Shown piece after piece: positions 36,821 through 47,333 of a stretch of 64,000 nucleotides of DNA. Position numbers and translations under genes: made by a program. The stretch lies in the sequence record NC_019411.1; one strand, written 5' to 3'. Each line of letters starts with the position of its first letter. Positions within the stretch are counted from its first letter, which is position 1. The notes beneath the pieces were generated by a model. It was given only the letters and a program-made list of their open reading frames with translations. It was not told where the DNA came from and searched no databases.

Positions 36821-39800
36821 TTGGTCGATATCGTCGCCGGCACGCCTGTGTCCGTCTCCTATTCGGGGGCGTCGACGACCTATGTCGCGGCGGAAACGGG
36901 CCTGATGACTGTCCACCTGTGGGGCGGTGCGGGCGCGGGCGGCTATTACGCCAACGGCGCAGGCAACCCCAACAAGTACGGTGGCGCCGGCGGCTACGCC
37001 ACGCTCAACTTCCTGGTCCAGGAAGGCGACGTCCTGACGATCGAGGTCGGCCAGGGAGGGCAGGTCCCCACCGGCTCGGGCACCACGGTAACGGCGGGCG
37101 GCTCCGGCGGCTGGCCCGATGGGGGCTATGGGGGTAAGTCGACTAGCGCCTGGGTTGGCCTGGGCGGTGGCGGTGGCTCGACCCGTCTCTACCGCAATGG
37201 CGAACTGATTGGCGTCGCCGGCGGCGGCGGCGGCGCGACCGGCTTCTACCACGGCGGCAACGGCGGCGGCATGGTCGGTTTGGCCTCGGCCGACGCCTCC
37301 TCGGGCGCGGGCGGCACCCAGAGCGCGGGCGGCACCGCCGGCTCGGGCACCCTGGCGATCCAGACCGGTCTAGGATTCCAAGGCGGGCGCGGTGGCGCGA
37401 CCGCCTCGACCGCCCACGCTTATGCCGGCGGTGGCGGCGGCGGCGGGCTCTATGGCGGCGCCTCCAACGGCGGCGGCTCCGGCGCGCACGGATCGGGCGG
37501 CGGCGGCTCGGGCTATATCAACCAGAACCTCCTCTACTCTGGCCGTCTCCAGGCGGGCCGCATCGACGCGCTCGGCGTGCCGTTCGATGTCGCCGGCATC
37601 CGCCCGGCCGGCGTCGCCGAGGGTGGCACGGGTCCGACGGTCGCGAGCACCGGCTGGGGCTCGATCACGCCGGGCGGCGACGGTTTCGCCTATCTGTCCC
37701 TCACCTCCGTGGCCTCGGCGACGGCCTTCCCGACCTCGGGTACGACCACGCTGGCCTATAGCGGCTCCCGGCAGGTCTACACGGTCACCCAGCTTTCCAC
37801 CGTCGACATCGAGATGTGGGGCGGCGGCGGCGGCGGCGGCTTCTACACCTCTGGCGGGGCCTCGCCGCGCTATGGCGGCGCGGGCGGCTACACCAAGTTC
37901 ACCAAGGTCCTGTTCCCCGGCGATATCGTCGAAATCGAGGTCGGTCAAGGCGGTCAGGCCCCGACCGGGGTCGGCGGCAATATCGGCGGCTTTGGCGGCT
38001 GGCCCAACGGCGGCGACGGCGGACGCTCGTCGGTTAACTCCGCCACCAACATGGGCGGCGGCGGCGGCTCGACCAACATCTATGTCAACGGACGTCTGCT
38101 CGGCGTCGCCTCGGGCGGCGGTGGCTCGACCGGTTTCTACAACGGCGGCAATGGCGGGGGCAAGTGGGGTCTTGCCGACGCCGCCGCCGCATCCGGCACG
38201 GCGGGCACCTGGGCGCGGGACAACAGCACTGGCACGGGCCTGGGGCGCGGCTTCTTCCTGCGCGGCGGCCATGGCTCGCCCAACGAATCGCGTGACGTCG
38301 CCCATCCCAACGCGGGCGCGGGCGGCGGCGGCGGCTACTGGGGCGGCGGCGGCGCGCGCGGCGGCTCGGGCACCCACGGCGCGGGTGGCGGCGGCTGCGG
38401 CTTCATCAACGGCGACCTGACCTGGAACCGCGACTATCAATGGGGCACGCAAGGCACCGGCCAGCCCTATACGGGCGGGGCCTACACTAGCGGCGTGGCC
38501 GTCGGCGGCACCAGCGGCAATACCGCCGGCTCGACGACCAATGGCGGCGACGGCCAGATCGTCTTCACCGTCACGGCCGCCAGCACCACGACCCTGCCGT
38601 CCGACAAGAACGCGCTGACCTATAGCGGCGCGGTCCAACACTATGTCGTCCCCACCGCCGGCGTCATTGACCTGAAGATGTGGGGCTCGGGCGGCGGCTC
38701 GGCCGTGCGTTCCACCGGCACGCCGGGACGTGGCGGCGGCGGCGGCTGCACGCAGGTTCCCTTCATCCCGATCAAGCCGGGCGATATCGTCACGTTCGCC
38801 GTGGGGCAAGGCGGCCGAGGCGCGGTCGACGCCAACTCCATCTCGCCCGGCGGCTGGCCCAACGGGGGCTATTCGGGTCCGTCGGCCTCGGCCGGCGGCG
38901 GCGGCGCCAGCCTGTGCTACCTCAATGGCGAGCTAGTCGCGGTCGCCGGCTCCGGCGCGGGCGCGGGCATCTCCAACGGGGGTTTCGCCGGCGGCGCGGC
39001 CTCGTGCGATCCGGGCTACGTCAACTTCACCTCCCACGGGGGCACCCAGACCACGGCGGGCTGGTGCCCCACGCGTGTCCTCGAAGGCACCACCTACGGC
39101 ACCTACATGCTGGGCGGCGATGGCCAGATCGACGGCGTCGCCCCCAACAACGTCAACGTCAATACCGGCGGCGGCGGCGGCGGTGGCTACTATGGCGGCG
39201 GTGGCAACGCCACCAACTCCAGTCGCTATTGGGGCGGCGGCGGCGGCTCGGGCTACATCAACCCGAAGTTCGCTGGCACCATCATTGGCGCGACCAGCGT
39301 CAACGCCGCCAACAACACCGATCCCGACTATGTCGCAGGCGTCGGCGTCGCGGGCGTCGGCTCGACGACCTACGCCAATCCCGTCACCAACGGCGGCGAT
39401 GGCCGGATCGTCTTTACCTATGACACGCCGCCCAATCTGGTAGAAAGCCTGACCACGGCGGTGCCCGTCGACGGGGCGGTCAAGACCTACATCGTCGGCG
39501 CCGACGGTGATCTCGTCCTCGACCTGTGGGGCGGCGGCGGCGGCGCGGCGACCATTCTGGGCGGCGGTGGCAGCGAGCGCGGCGGCGGCGGCGGCTATGT
39601 CGGCGGCACCTATCCGGTCACCGCCGGGCAGGTCATCCGGTTCTATAATGGGCGCGGCGGCGGCGGCGGGGTCTATACGAGTGGCACGGCCACGGCGCTG
39701 GTGGGGACCGGCGGTCCAAGCGGCTGGCCCGATGGCGGTGCAGGCGGCTATTATGCCGGCGCGGGATCGAATGGCATCCTGGCGGGCGCTGGCGGCGGCT

Positions 39801-42800
39801 CCTCGCGTGTCTATGTCGACGACCAACTGATCCTCGTGGCCGGTGGCGGCGGCGGCGGCGGCGCGGGCACCACCACGACCACGCCGGGCGGCGGCGGCGG
39901 CTCGACGGGCGGCGACTCCGATGCGCCTGCGGGCCGCAACTTCGGGGCCACTCAGGCACGTGGCGGCTATAACTCCAACCGTCCGACCGATACGGTTTCG
40001 TCGGGTGGTCTCTTCCGAGGCGGCGCGGGCTATCTCTCGGGTGGTTCAAGCAGCATCAGCGCTCAATCGGCGGGCGGCGGCGGCGGCGGCGGCCTATTTG
40101 GCGGCGGCGGCTCGGGTAGCTCGGTCACCTATATTGGGGGCTCGGGCGGTTCCGGGTTCATCTTCGACGGGCTGGTGGTCTCGAAGAAGGACCCCTATCG
40201 CGCCGATGTCATCGCCCAGATGTCCTTCGAGTCCGGCGCGGTCGTCGCCGACGGGCGAGTGTGTGAAATCCAGCCGATCGACACTCCGCCGACGGCGGTC
40301 ACCACCTCGCCCAAATATGGAGCCTATTGCGGTAACTATCCTGGCAGCGGTCATAGCACCATGCCCGTGCCGGCCTTTGGCCTGCAAAACTTCACGATCG
40401 AGGCGTGGTTCAATCCGTCCTCGCTCGGCAACGGGGTTCTCTTTGCCTATGGCAACAGCGGTGTCGGCGGTTTTTCGCTGCACTACGCTTCCACCACGCT
40501 TTACCTGCGCCACAATGGCGACGCCGCCACCGATGTAACTTGGGCTGACACGGGCCGCACCGCCAATGTCTGGGCGCACTATGCCGTCGTCCGCGACATG
40601 GCCGGCACGCGCGTCTACAAGGACGGCCGGCTGGTTATGTCCTATGCCAACTCGATTGGCACGACCTTCACCGCCACCCAACTGACCCTGGCTAACTATA
40701 CCGGAGCCTCGGGGGCCAGCACGCGCTTTTCGGGCCGGATCGACGAGTTCCGCGCCACCCTGGGCGCGTGCCGGTATGTCAAGCCGTTCGTTCCCTCGTC
40801 GTTCGCGGCGCCCCTGTCGACCCCGCTCCCGACCCTAACGACCATCACCCAGGCCCCGCAGGGCTCGTCGGGCAACGCCGCCAATAATACCGATACGAAC
40901 TATATCGCTGGACGCGGCGTCGGCGCTCAGACGCGCCAGACCGCCGGCACCGCCCCGTCGGGCGGCGATGGTCAGATCAGTTATTTCATCGCCACCTCGA
41001 CCATCTCGGCGTCCGGGCCGATCGGCACGGTCACGGTCTCGGGCCTGACCGACGCCGCCGCCGGCGCCTTCTATCCCCTGCCCGGCGTGGGCTCGGTCGT
41101 CGTCGAGCCCTACACGGGCGCACGCGTCAACTACGAGGTCACCGAGGCCGTCGGCGCGCGAATCAAGGTCGAGATGTGGGGCGGCGGGGGCGGCGGCAGT
41201 TCGGCCAACACCGCCCTGACCACCAATGGCGGCGGCGGCGGCGGCTATACGGTCATCGAACTTGATCTCGTCCAGGGCGATCGGATCACCGTCCAGACGC
41301 CGTCGGGTGGCGCGGGCGGCGTCAACGCCGGTAGTGGCTCGGCGATCAACCTCGGCGGCTATCCCGACGGCGGCGATGGTTATCGTCCGGCCTTCACGGC
41401 GCTCAACTGCGGCGGCGGCGGCTCGGCGCGCCTGTGGGCGCAAGGCAATCTAGCGGCGGTCGCTGGCGGCGGCGGCGGCGCGGCCTATGGCGGCGGCGGC
41501 TATGACTTCCCTGGCGGCGCGGGCGGCGGCAACCTCGGCGGTCCGGGCGCCTATGATGGCGTCAACGCTCCCTTCCCCAATGGCGGCGGTACCCAGATCG
41601 CCGGCGGCGCGGGCACGGCGAACGGTTTCAATGGAGCCTCGCTGCAAGGCGGGCACGGCGGCGTCACTCCCAGCGTCGCCAACAACGGCTGCGGCGGCGG
41701 CGGCGGTTATTACGGTGGCGGCGGCGGCGGCGCCTATAAGGCGGGCGGCGGCGGCTCGGGCTACGTCAACACCGGTCTGCCGGGCTACCGCACGGGCTCG
41801 ACTACGGGCGGCTCTGGCAACCTGCCGGCCGGCATGTCTTCGCCTAACTACGTCTCGGGCATCGGCGTCGGCTCGAACGGCAAGGGTGGGGCGTTCACCA
41901 ACGGCGGCAATGGCCGGATCGTCATTTCGGTCATCACCCCGACGCCGGGCAATGCGTCGGGTTCGATCGGCACCGTCAACGTCTCGGGTCTGGACGAGTT
42001 CGGCCTGCTGATCGGCGTTCCGACGGGTGATCTCGACACCATCGATGTCGTGGTTCCGGTCGGGCAATCGGGCCAGCCCGGTTTCGCCGAAGGCCCGCTG
42101 ACCACCATCGGCGTGGGTCCGGCTGAGACGATCCCCCAGGCCCAGGCCGTCGTCATCGTTCCGATCAACGATCAGACCTCGATCCTGATCGAGCCGCCGA
42201 TCAACGCGCCGCTGGAGGTCCCTGGCGAAGGGATCGGCGAACTTGACACGATCCTCGTCTCGCCGTTCGATTCGACCCAGACGGCCGGCGTCGCCTTCGA
42301 TGCGGCGGACGTGCCGACCATCACCCTGGTCGCCCCCGAGGCCGAAGCGGTCGAGATTCCGCCGGTCCTGACGTCGGGCGACATCGGCACGGTCATCGTC
42401 ACCGCGCCCGAGGCGACCACCCAGGTCATCCCGCCGGTCGAGACCAGCGGCGACATCGGCACCATCACCGTCGTGACGGTGACGGGCGAGGCGTCGTGGA
42501 ACAACAACGTCTCGGCCTCGGGCGACATCGGCACGATCATCGTTACCGTGCCCGACGTCGTGGCCGTGGGCGACGATCTGGCCGAAGGGCTGATCGGCAC
42601 GATCACGGTGATCGCGCCCGAGGGCGTGGCGCTCCAGGACGCCAATGTCGCGGCCGACATCGGCACCATCTCGGTCTATCCGATCGAAGGCGGTCAGCCG
42701 GGCGACGCGGTCGGCGACATCCCCTATATCCAGGTGGTCACGCCGGGCGCGACGGTTAACGCCTCGTCGGGCGACGACATCTCGCTCTACGCCGACATCG

Positions 42801-45214
42801 GCACGATCTACGTCCTCCAGGTTTACGGCCAGGGCTTCTGGATTTCCGAGGACAACTACGTCCACGCCCTGCCCGATCCGCTGATCGTCACCACCACCGC
42901 GCCGGAAGGTTCGGCGCGAGGCGACGTCCATATCGTCCAGGTCCTGCCGACCATCGTCGTCACCCCGCCGGCCCCGGCCGCGACGGGCGAGGGTTTTGTT
43001 GACGGTTACACGGGCGACTTCATCATCCTGGTCGACCCGCCGGTTCCGCTGACGGAACTGAACGCGAACGTCAACGTGGCGATGCCGCCGCCGATCGTCA
43101 TCAATGGCAATGACGCGGAAACCTCGCTCGACGTCACGATCCCGTTCAGCGATACGGCGGTGTTCGTCTCCGGTCCCGAGGCCCTGGGCCTGGGCTTCCA
43201 TGGCGGCGAGATGGGGCCGCCGATCCTGGTCACGCCGCCGGAAGGCGGGCCTGAGATTTCGGTCGAAATCTTTGTTGACCCCGGCACGATCCTGGTGGAG
43301 GCCCCGCGCTTCCACTACATCCCGCCGATCACGGTGCTCCCGCCTGAAGGGGTGGCGCTGGACGCGCACTCGGCCGAGGCCTCCGGCGATCTGGGCACCA
43401 TCACCATCGGGGTCCCGACTGGCGGCTATCAAGCCAACGTCGCCATCAACCTGCCGCTGCCGACGATCTTCGTCAATGTCCCGCAGGTCGTGGTCTTCGC
43501 CTCGGTCGCCGTCTCGGGTGACGTCGGGACCATCACGCTCACGCCGCCTGACGCCACGCTGACGGCGGGCGTCGATGCGTCGTTCGCCCTGCCCGGCCCG
43601 ATTGTCGTCTCGACGCCCGAAGCCACGGCGACGGCGGGCTCCTCGGCGGCGACGTCCGGCGCCCTGGGCACGATCACGATCACGCCGCCCGAGGGTTTGG
43701 TCTCGACCGGCACGGCGGCGGCGACCTCGGGCGCGATTGGCACGATCGTCGTGTCGCCGTTCGACGGCAGCGTCTTCATCTCCTATCCGGGCAATGCGTC
43801 TGGCGCGATCGGTACGATCATCGTCACCCCGCCGGCGGCGAGCCTCACCCACGGGCACGACCTGTCGATCGCCCTGCCCGGCCCGATTATCATCACCGCG
43901 CCTGAGGCTCAACCTCAGGCGGGCGCGACGGTCTCGGGTGATATCGGCACGATCATCGTCACCCCGCTCGACGGGCATGCCACCGGCGATACCGTCCTGG
44001 CTTCGGGGGATATTGGCACGATCGTCGTCTCCACCCCGGACGGCGAGGCGACGGGACGTGGTCTGGGCTCGGGTGCGATCGGCACGATCGTCATCACCCC
44101 GCCGGCCGCGACCCTGACGGCGGAGGCCAACAAGGCGGTCGCCCTGCCCGGCCCGATCATCGTCACCCCGCTGACCGGCGTGGGTCAGGTCCCCGCTGCG
44201 GCGGCGGGTGATCTGGCGACGATCACGATCACCAGCGTCCCCGAGGCGACGCTGTCGATCGGCCAGGACATTTCGGGCCAGATCGGAACCATCACGGTCA
44301 CCCCGCCCGAGGCGTTCCCGCAAGGCTCGGTGTTCGTCGATCCGACCGACGAGATGGTCGTGCAGCTTCTGCCGCCGCAGGCCATCCTCTTCCAGGAAGC
44401 CACGGTCATCGTCGGCTTCCCGACGGTCTACCTGATCGCGCCCGAGGCCATCACCTATTCGCTGGCCGAGTTCGCCTCGATCACCTTGCTGCCGCCGGAC
44501 GCCTATGTCGACGTCCCGCTGCCGCTGGGCAAGAACCGCATCCGCTATCGCCGCAACAACACCGCCGGGCTCGCTCCGACCAGCCTGCGGCCCAACGAAA
44601 TCGCGCTGAACGAGACCGACGGCCTGCTGTTCACGCGTGACGGGTCCGGCGCGGTCAAGGCCACGCCGCTGGGCTTCCTGACCGGCGCGGGCGTACCCCC
44701 GCCGGTCACCGACAACGGCAAGGTCCTGTCGGGCGGCCTGTCTTGGGAAACGCCCAACACCCGCTATCTCCTGCCGGTGCGCAACGCGCCGCCGGCTGGC
44801 ACGCGCATCGCCCTGGGCGAGGGCGTGGTTGGCGTTACGACCTTCACCCCGACGGTCGACGTCACCTACACGCGTCCGTTCTTCGTGGCCAAGACCATCG
44901 ACATCCAGGCGCTGTCGGTGGATGTGGTGGGCGCCGCCGCCGCCACGGCCGAACTGGGCCTGATCGGCTGGTCCCTGTCGGGCGTGCCCGGCGCGACCCT
45001 GGCGCTCGGTACGGTTAGCACCGCGACCACCGGCATCAAGACCGCGACCGGCACGGCCGTGACCTTGACGCCGGGCTGGTATGCCTCCACCTTCAAGGTC
45101 ACCGGCGCGGCGGGGGCGGCGTTCCGGGCTCCGACCGCACCGACGGCGATCGCGCCGGACTTCACCGTGACGCCGGGCGCCCCGGCGCCGGTCATGGCTG
45201 ACCTGGAGGCCTAA
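36821..45214 (+). CDS. Giant glycine-rich fibre/adhesin-like protein with LamG (concanavalin A-like) domain; candidate head-filament protein
   Basis: 2797 aa; five Gly-rich modules; LamG motifs FTIEAW, WAHYAVVR, RVYKDG, FSGRIDEFR at about 40390-40780; repeated SGDIGTIxV units. Confidence 0.8.
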   Translation: MVDIVAGTPVSVSYSGASTTYVAAETGLMTVHLWGGAGAGGYYANGAGNPNKYGGAGGYATLNFLVQEGDVLTIEVGQGGQVPTGSGTTVTAGGSGGWPDGGYGGKSTSAWVGLGGGGGSTRLYRNGELIGVAGGGGGATGFYHGGNGGGMVGLASADASSGAGGTQSAGGTAGSGTLAIQTGLGFQGGRGGATASTAHAYAGGGGGGGLYGGASNGGGSGAHGSGGGGSGYINQNLLYSGRLQAGRIDALGVPFDVAGIRPAGVAEGGTGPTVASTGWGSITPGGDGFAYLSLTSVASATAFPTSGTTTLAYSGSRQVYTVTQLSTVDIEMWGGGGGGGFYTSGGASPRYGGAGGYTKFTKVLFPGDIVEIEVGQGGQAPTGVGGNIGGFGGWPNGGDGGRSSVNSATNMGGGGGSTNIYVNGRLLGVASGGGGSTGFYNGGNGGGKWGLADAAAASGTAGTWARDNSTGTGLGRGFFLRGGHGSPNESRDVAHPNAGAGGGGGYWGGGGARGGSGTHGAGGGGCGFINGDLTWNRDYQWGTQGTGQPYTGGAYTSGVAVGGTSGNTAGSTTNGGDGQIVFTVTAASTTTLPSDKNALTYSGAVQHYVVPTAGVIDLKMWGSGGGSAVRSTGTPGRGGGGGCTQVPFIPIKPGDIVTFAVGQGGRGAVDANSISPGGWPNGGYSGPSASAGGGGASLCYLNGELVAVAGSGAGAGISNGGFAGGAASCDPGYVNFTSHGGTQTTAGWCPTRVLEGTTYGTYMLGGDGQIDGVAPNNVNVNTGGGGGGGYYGGGGNATNSSRYWGGGGGSGYINPKFAGTIIGATSVNAANNTDPDYVAGVGVAGVGSTTYANPVTNGGDGRIVFTYDTPPNLVESLTTAVPVDGAVKTYIVGADGDLVLDLWGGGGGAATILGGGGSERGGGGGYVGGTYPVTAGQVIRFYNGRGGGGGVYTSGTATALVGTGGPSGWPDGGAGGYYAGAGSNGILAGAGGGSSRVYVDDQLILVAGGGGGGGAGTTTTTPGGGGGSTGGDSDAPAGRNFGATQARGGYNSNRPTDTVSSGGLFRGGAGYLSGGSSSISAQSAGGGGGGGLFGGGGSGSSVTYIGGSGGSGFIFDGLVVSKKDPYRADVIAQMSFESGAVVADGRVCEIQPIDTPPTAVTTSPKYGAYCGNYPGSGHSTMPVPAFGLQNFTIEAWFNPSSLGNGVLFAYGNSGVGGFSLHYASTTLYLRHNGDAATDVTWADTGRTANVWAHYAVVRDMAGTRVYKDGRLVMSYANSIGTTFTATQLTLANYTGASGASTRFSGRIDEFRATLGACRYVKPFVPSSFAAPLSTPLPTLTTITQAPQGSSGNAANNTDTNYIAGRGVGAQTRQTAGTAPSGGDGQISYFIATSTISASGPIGTVTVSGLTDAAAGAFYPLPGVGSVVVEPYTGARVNYEVTEAVGARIKVEMWGGGGGGSSANTALTTNGGGGGGYTVIELDLVQGDRITVQTPSGGAGGVNAGSGSAINLGGYPDGGDGYRPAFTALNCGGGGSARLWAQGNLAAVAGGGGGAAYGGGGYDFPGGAGGGNLGGPGAYDGVNAPFPNGGGTQIAGGAGTANGFNGASLQGGHGGVTPSVANNGCGGGGGYYGGGGGGAYKAGGGGSGYVNTGLPGYRTGSTTGGSGNLPAGMSSPNYVSGIGVGSNGKGGAFTNGGNGRIVISVITPTPGNASGSIGTVNVSGLDEFGLLIGVPTGDLDTIDVVVPVGQSGQPGFAEGPLTTIGVGPAETIPQAQAVVIVPINDQTSILIEPPINAPLEVPGEGIGELDTILVSPFDSTQTAGVAFDAADVPTITLVAPEAEAVEIPPVLTSGDIGTVIVTAPEATTQVIPPVETSGDIGTITVVTVTGEASWNNNVSASGDIGTIIVTVPDVVAVGDDLAEGLIGTITVIAPEGVALQDANVAADIGTISVYPIEGGQPGDAVGDIPYIQVVTPGATVNASSGDDISLYADIGTIYVLQVYGQGFWISEDNYVHALPDPLIVTTTAPEGSARGDVHIVQVLPTIVVTPPAPAATGEGFVDGYTGDFIILVDPPVPLTELNANVNVAMPPPIVINGNDAETSLDVTIPFSDTAVFVSGPEALGLGFHGGEMGPPILVTPPEGGPEISVEIFVDPGTILVEAPRFHYIPPITVLPPEGVALDAHSAEASGDLGTITIGVPTGGYQANVAINLPLPTIFVNVPQVVVFASVAVSGDVGTITLTPPDATLTAGVDASFALPGPIVVSTPEATATAGSSAATSGALGTITITPPEGLVSTGTAAATSGAIGTIVVSPFDGSVFISYPGNASGAIGTIIVTPPAASLTHGHDLSIALPGPIIITAPEAQPQAGATVSGDIGTIIVTPLDGHATGDTVLASGDIGTIVVSTPDGEATGRGLGSGAIGTIVITPPAATLTAEANKAVALPGPIIVTPLTGVGQVPAAAAGDLATITITSVPEATLSIGQDISGQIGTITVTPPEAFPQGSVFVDPTDEMVVQLLPPQAILFQEATVIVGFPTVYLIAPEAITYSLAEFASITLLPPDAYVDVPLPLGKNRIRYRRNNTAGLAPTSLRPNEIALNETDGLLFTRDGSGAVKATPLGFLTGAGVPPPVTDNGKVLSGGLSWETPNTRYLLPVRNAPPAGTRIALGEGVVGVTTFTPTVDVTYTRPFFVAKTIDIQALSVDVVGAAAATAELGLIGWSLSGVPGATLALGTVSTATTGIKTATGTAVTLTPGWYASTFKVTGAAGAAFRAPTAPTAIAPDFTVTPGAPAPVMADLEA

Positions 45215-45217
45215 GAC

Positions 45218-45886
45218 ATGCCGACCAACATCAACATGCCGCCGGACTCCACCCTGCTGGCGGACATCCTGCTCAATGGCGGGGCGGGCGCGCCGGCGGA
45301 CCTGGAGGACGGCGAACTCTACATCGACGAGGCGGGCCGCACGCTCTATGTCGAGACCGTGGTCGGCGTCCAGCCTATCCCACTCGACGTCGGCTATGTC
45401 CCGCGCCGCCCCAGCGGCACGCCGCTCGACTACGTGGTCAACAAGACCGAGACTGGCGCCGAGTGGGGGCCGCTGGACGGCGGTGCGGGCGGCTCGCCGT
45501 TCGATGCGGCCGAGTTCCGCATCCCCGGCTTGGCTCCCACGGGCCTGGACACGGTCGTCATGCCCGGTGCCTCCGGAGGCCTGGGACTGTTCGAGATGCC
45601 GATCCAGGACGTGCTCCTGAGCATCCGCGTACACGCCTCTGCGGGCGCGGGGTCCGTGACCGTGGCGCTCTACCCGTTCAACGGCTCGCTCGGCTCGCTG
45701 ATCTTCACCCAGACCCTGACTTTCGCCGCCCCCGAGTCCCAGGTCGTGCCCGTGTCCCAGCCCCTGACGCCGGGCATCTACGCCTGGGTCTGGACCGGGA
45801 CCGATGGCTTGACCCTAGATGCGGTCAAGGGCTCGCTCCCGTGGGCGACGCGCGAGCAAACCCATCCCGTGGCGATGAAGTTCTAA
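45218..45886 (+). CDS. Fibre-tip-like protein, paralogous to the C-terminus of the giant protein
   Basis: LEDGELYIDE motif plus C-terminal LTPGIY beta domain. Confidence 0.65.
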   Translation: MPTNINMPPDSTLLADILLNGGAGAPADLEDGELYIDEAGRTLYVETVVGVQPIPLDVGYVPRRPSGTPLDYVVNKTETGAEWGPLDGGAGGSPFDAAEFRIPGLAPTGLDTVVMPGASGGLGLFEMPIQDVLLSIRVHASAGAGSVTVALYPFNGSLGSLIFTQTLTFAAPESQVVPVSQPLTPGIYAWVWTGTDGLTLDAVKGSLPWATREQTHPVAMKF

Positions 45887-45888
45887 CG

Positions 45889-46665
45889 ATGGCGATCCAG
45901 AACCCCCATTCCACCACGCCCGGCACCATGCCGCACCTGACGCCCGGCGAGATCGGCGTCAACAAGGCCGACGACATCCTCTGGTTCCGCTCGCAGGGGC
46001 GCCGCGTGCCAATCATCCTGAGCGATCTTGACCGCGCCCCGCCGGCGGACGGCTATGTCGGCGCTCCCCTGACTCTGGTCGACGGCGCGCCGGCCTGGAA
46101 TGTCAAGCTCTTGCCGTCCTCGATCGTCTCCGGCGCGGTCAAGGTCGATCTCCCGCCCGCCGCCGGCCTGCACGCCGTGCCGAGCGTCCTGCTCCAGGGC
46201 CTGGGGGCCGATCGCGTCCTGGCGACCAATGATCTGGACCTCACCCCCTTCTATGTCCGCTCCGACTCCATCACCCTGACCCATCTGGCCTTCAGCGTGC
46301 GCTCGGCCGGCGCGCCGGCCATGCGCGTGGGGATCGTCGACAGCTTCGGCGTCGTCCAGGCCGACATCCTGGTCGCCGCGCCGGTCGTGGGCGCCAATGT
46401 CGTGGCCCTCTCGCCGGTCCTGACCCTCCAGCGCGGCGTCTACCGCACCATCCTGGCGACGACCGGGGCGGTGACGGTGGGGATCGCCACCGGCGCGCGC
46501 ATGGAACAGGGCTGGGACATCATCGCCGACGCGCCGTCGTTTATCCGGGGCTACAGCGGTAGCAAGAACACTGGCGGCGGCATCGGGAGCCTGCCAGCGC
46601 TCACCCCGCGCCGCGACCCCGCGCCGGGCCAGGATCACGCCGTCCTCCTGCGCTGGACGGCGTGA
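45889..46665 (+). CDS. Fibre-tip-like protein, paralogous to the C-terminus of the giant protein
   Basis: ATG 45889; LTPGEIGVN motif and TPFYV...LQRGVY domain. Confidence 0.65.
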   Translation: MAIQNPHSTTPGTMPHLTPGEIGVNKADDILWFRSQGRRVPIILSDLDRAPPADGYVGAPLTLVDGAPAWNVKLLPSSIVSGAVKVDLPPAAGLHAVPSVLLQGLGADRVLATNDLDLTPFYVRSDSITLTHLAFSVRSAGAPAMRVGIVDSFGVVQADILVAAPVVGANVVALSPVLTLQRGVYRTILATTGAVTVGIATGARMEQGWDIIADAPSFIRGYSGSKNTGGGIGSLPALTPRRDPAPGQDHAVLLRWTA

Positions 46666-46727
46666 ATCTTGACACTCGGTCGAAATGCGGTTAACCTGCG
46701 CGCTCATCTGGAGTTTCGAGCGCCATC

Positions 46728-46994
46728 ATGGCCGAGCTTGTCCGCATCTATCACCCCGAGACGAACGAGCCGTTCGACGTGATCCCGTCGACCGCCGAAC
46801 GTCTGCGCCTGGGTCAAGGTCTGGACGGTCTGGTGTGGCTCTCGCAGCCCTTCTCCCGCGCCGCTGCCGAAGAGCCGGCGCCGGAAGCCCCCAAGGGGCG
46901 AGGTCGTAAGCGCGTCGCCGCGCCCGTCTCGGACGAAGCCGAAGACGATGGCTGGCGTGACGCGCCGACCGAGGACGCTTCCGAAGCCGCGTAA
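46728..46994 (+). CDS. Hypothetical acidic protein
   Basis: GGAG SD; KGRGRKR tail resembles 32592..32975. Confidence 0.7.
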   Translation: MAELVRIYHPETNEPFDVIPSTAERLRLGQGLDGLVWLSQPFSRAAAEEPAPEAPKGRGRKRVAAPVSDEAEDDGWRDAPTEDASEAA

Positions 46995-47038
46995 GGCGCT
47001 TCCCCGTCCACTCTGCTGAAATTCGGTCTCAGTCCCAT

Positions 47039-47114
47039 GTCGGTCTAGCTCATGGGGTAGAGCGGCGGTCTCCAAAACCGCGCGTGGCAGGTTCGAGTCC
47101 TGCGACCGGCGCCA
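47039..47114 (+). tRNA. trnW: tRNA-Trp (CCA)
   Basis: Cloverleaf, loop CTCCAAA, TTCGA T-loop, CCA end. Confidence 0.9.
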
Positions 47115-47119
47115 TTTCC

Positions 47120-47194
47120 GCGTCCATCGTATATGGGTTATTGCTTCGCGTTGCCAACGCGACGAACCGGGTTCGAGTCCCGGTGGACGCTCCA
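47120..47194 (+). tRNA. trnG: tRNA-Gly (GCC)
   Basis: Loop TTGCCAA, CCA end. Confidence 0.9.
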
Positions 47195-47200
47195 ATCCAG

Positions 47201-47274
47201 GCGGATATAGCTCAAAGGGAGAGCTACTGCCTTCCAAGCAGAAGATGCGGGTTCGAGCCCCGCTATCCGCTCCA
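47201..47274 (+). tRNA. trnG: tRNA-Gly (TCC)
   Basis: Loop CTTCCAA, CCA end. Confidence 0.9.
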
Positions 47275-47295
47275 AAATTTTCTTCCACGACAAGC

Positions 47296-47324
47296 TTGAC
47301 AGCCGCCGAGATTTGTGAGAGCCT
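47296..47324 (+). promoter_or_regulatory. Sigma70-type promoter of the Glu/Asp tRNA unit
   Basis: TTGACA-N17-GAGCCT; shares TTGTGAGAGCCT with the 48092 promoter. Confidence 0.6.
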
Positions 47325-47333
47325 TCAACCATT

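Noticed and set aside
46728-47038. Attenuator for the Trp/Gly/Gly tRNA block
   Set aside because: The upstream ORF has a GQGLDGLVW stretch but is an ordinary 88-aa protein, and I see no terminator with a U-tract before tRNA-Trp.
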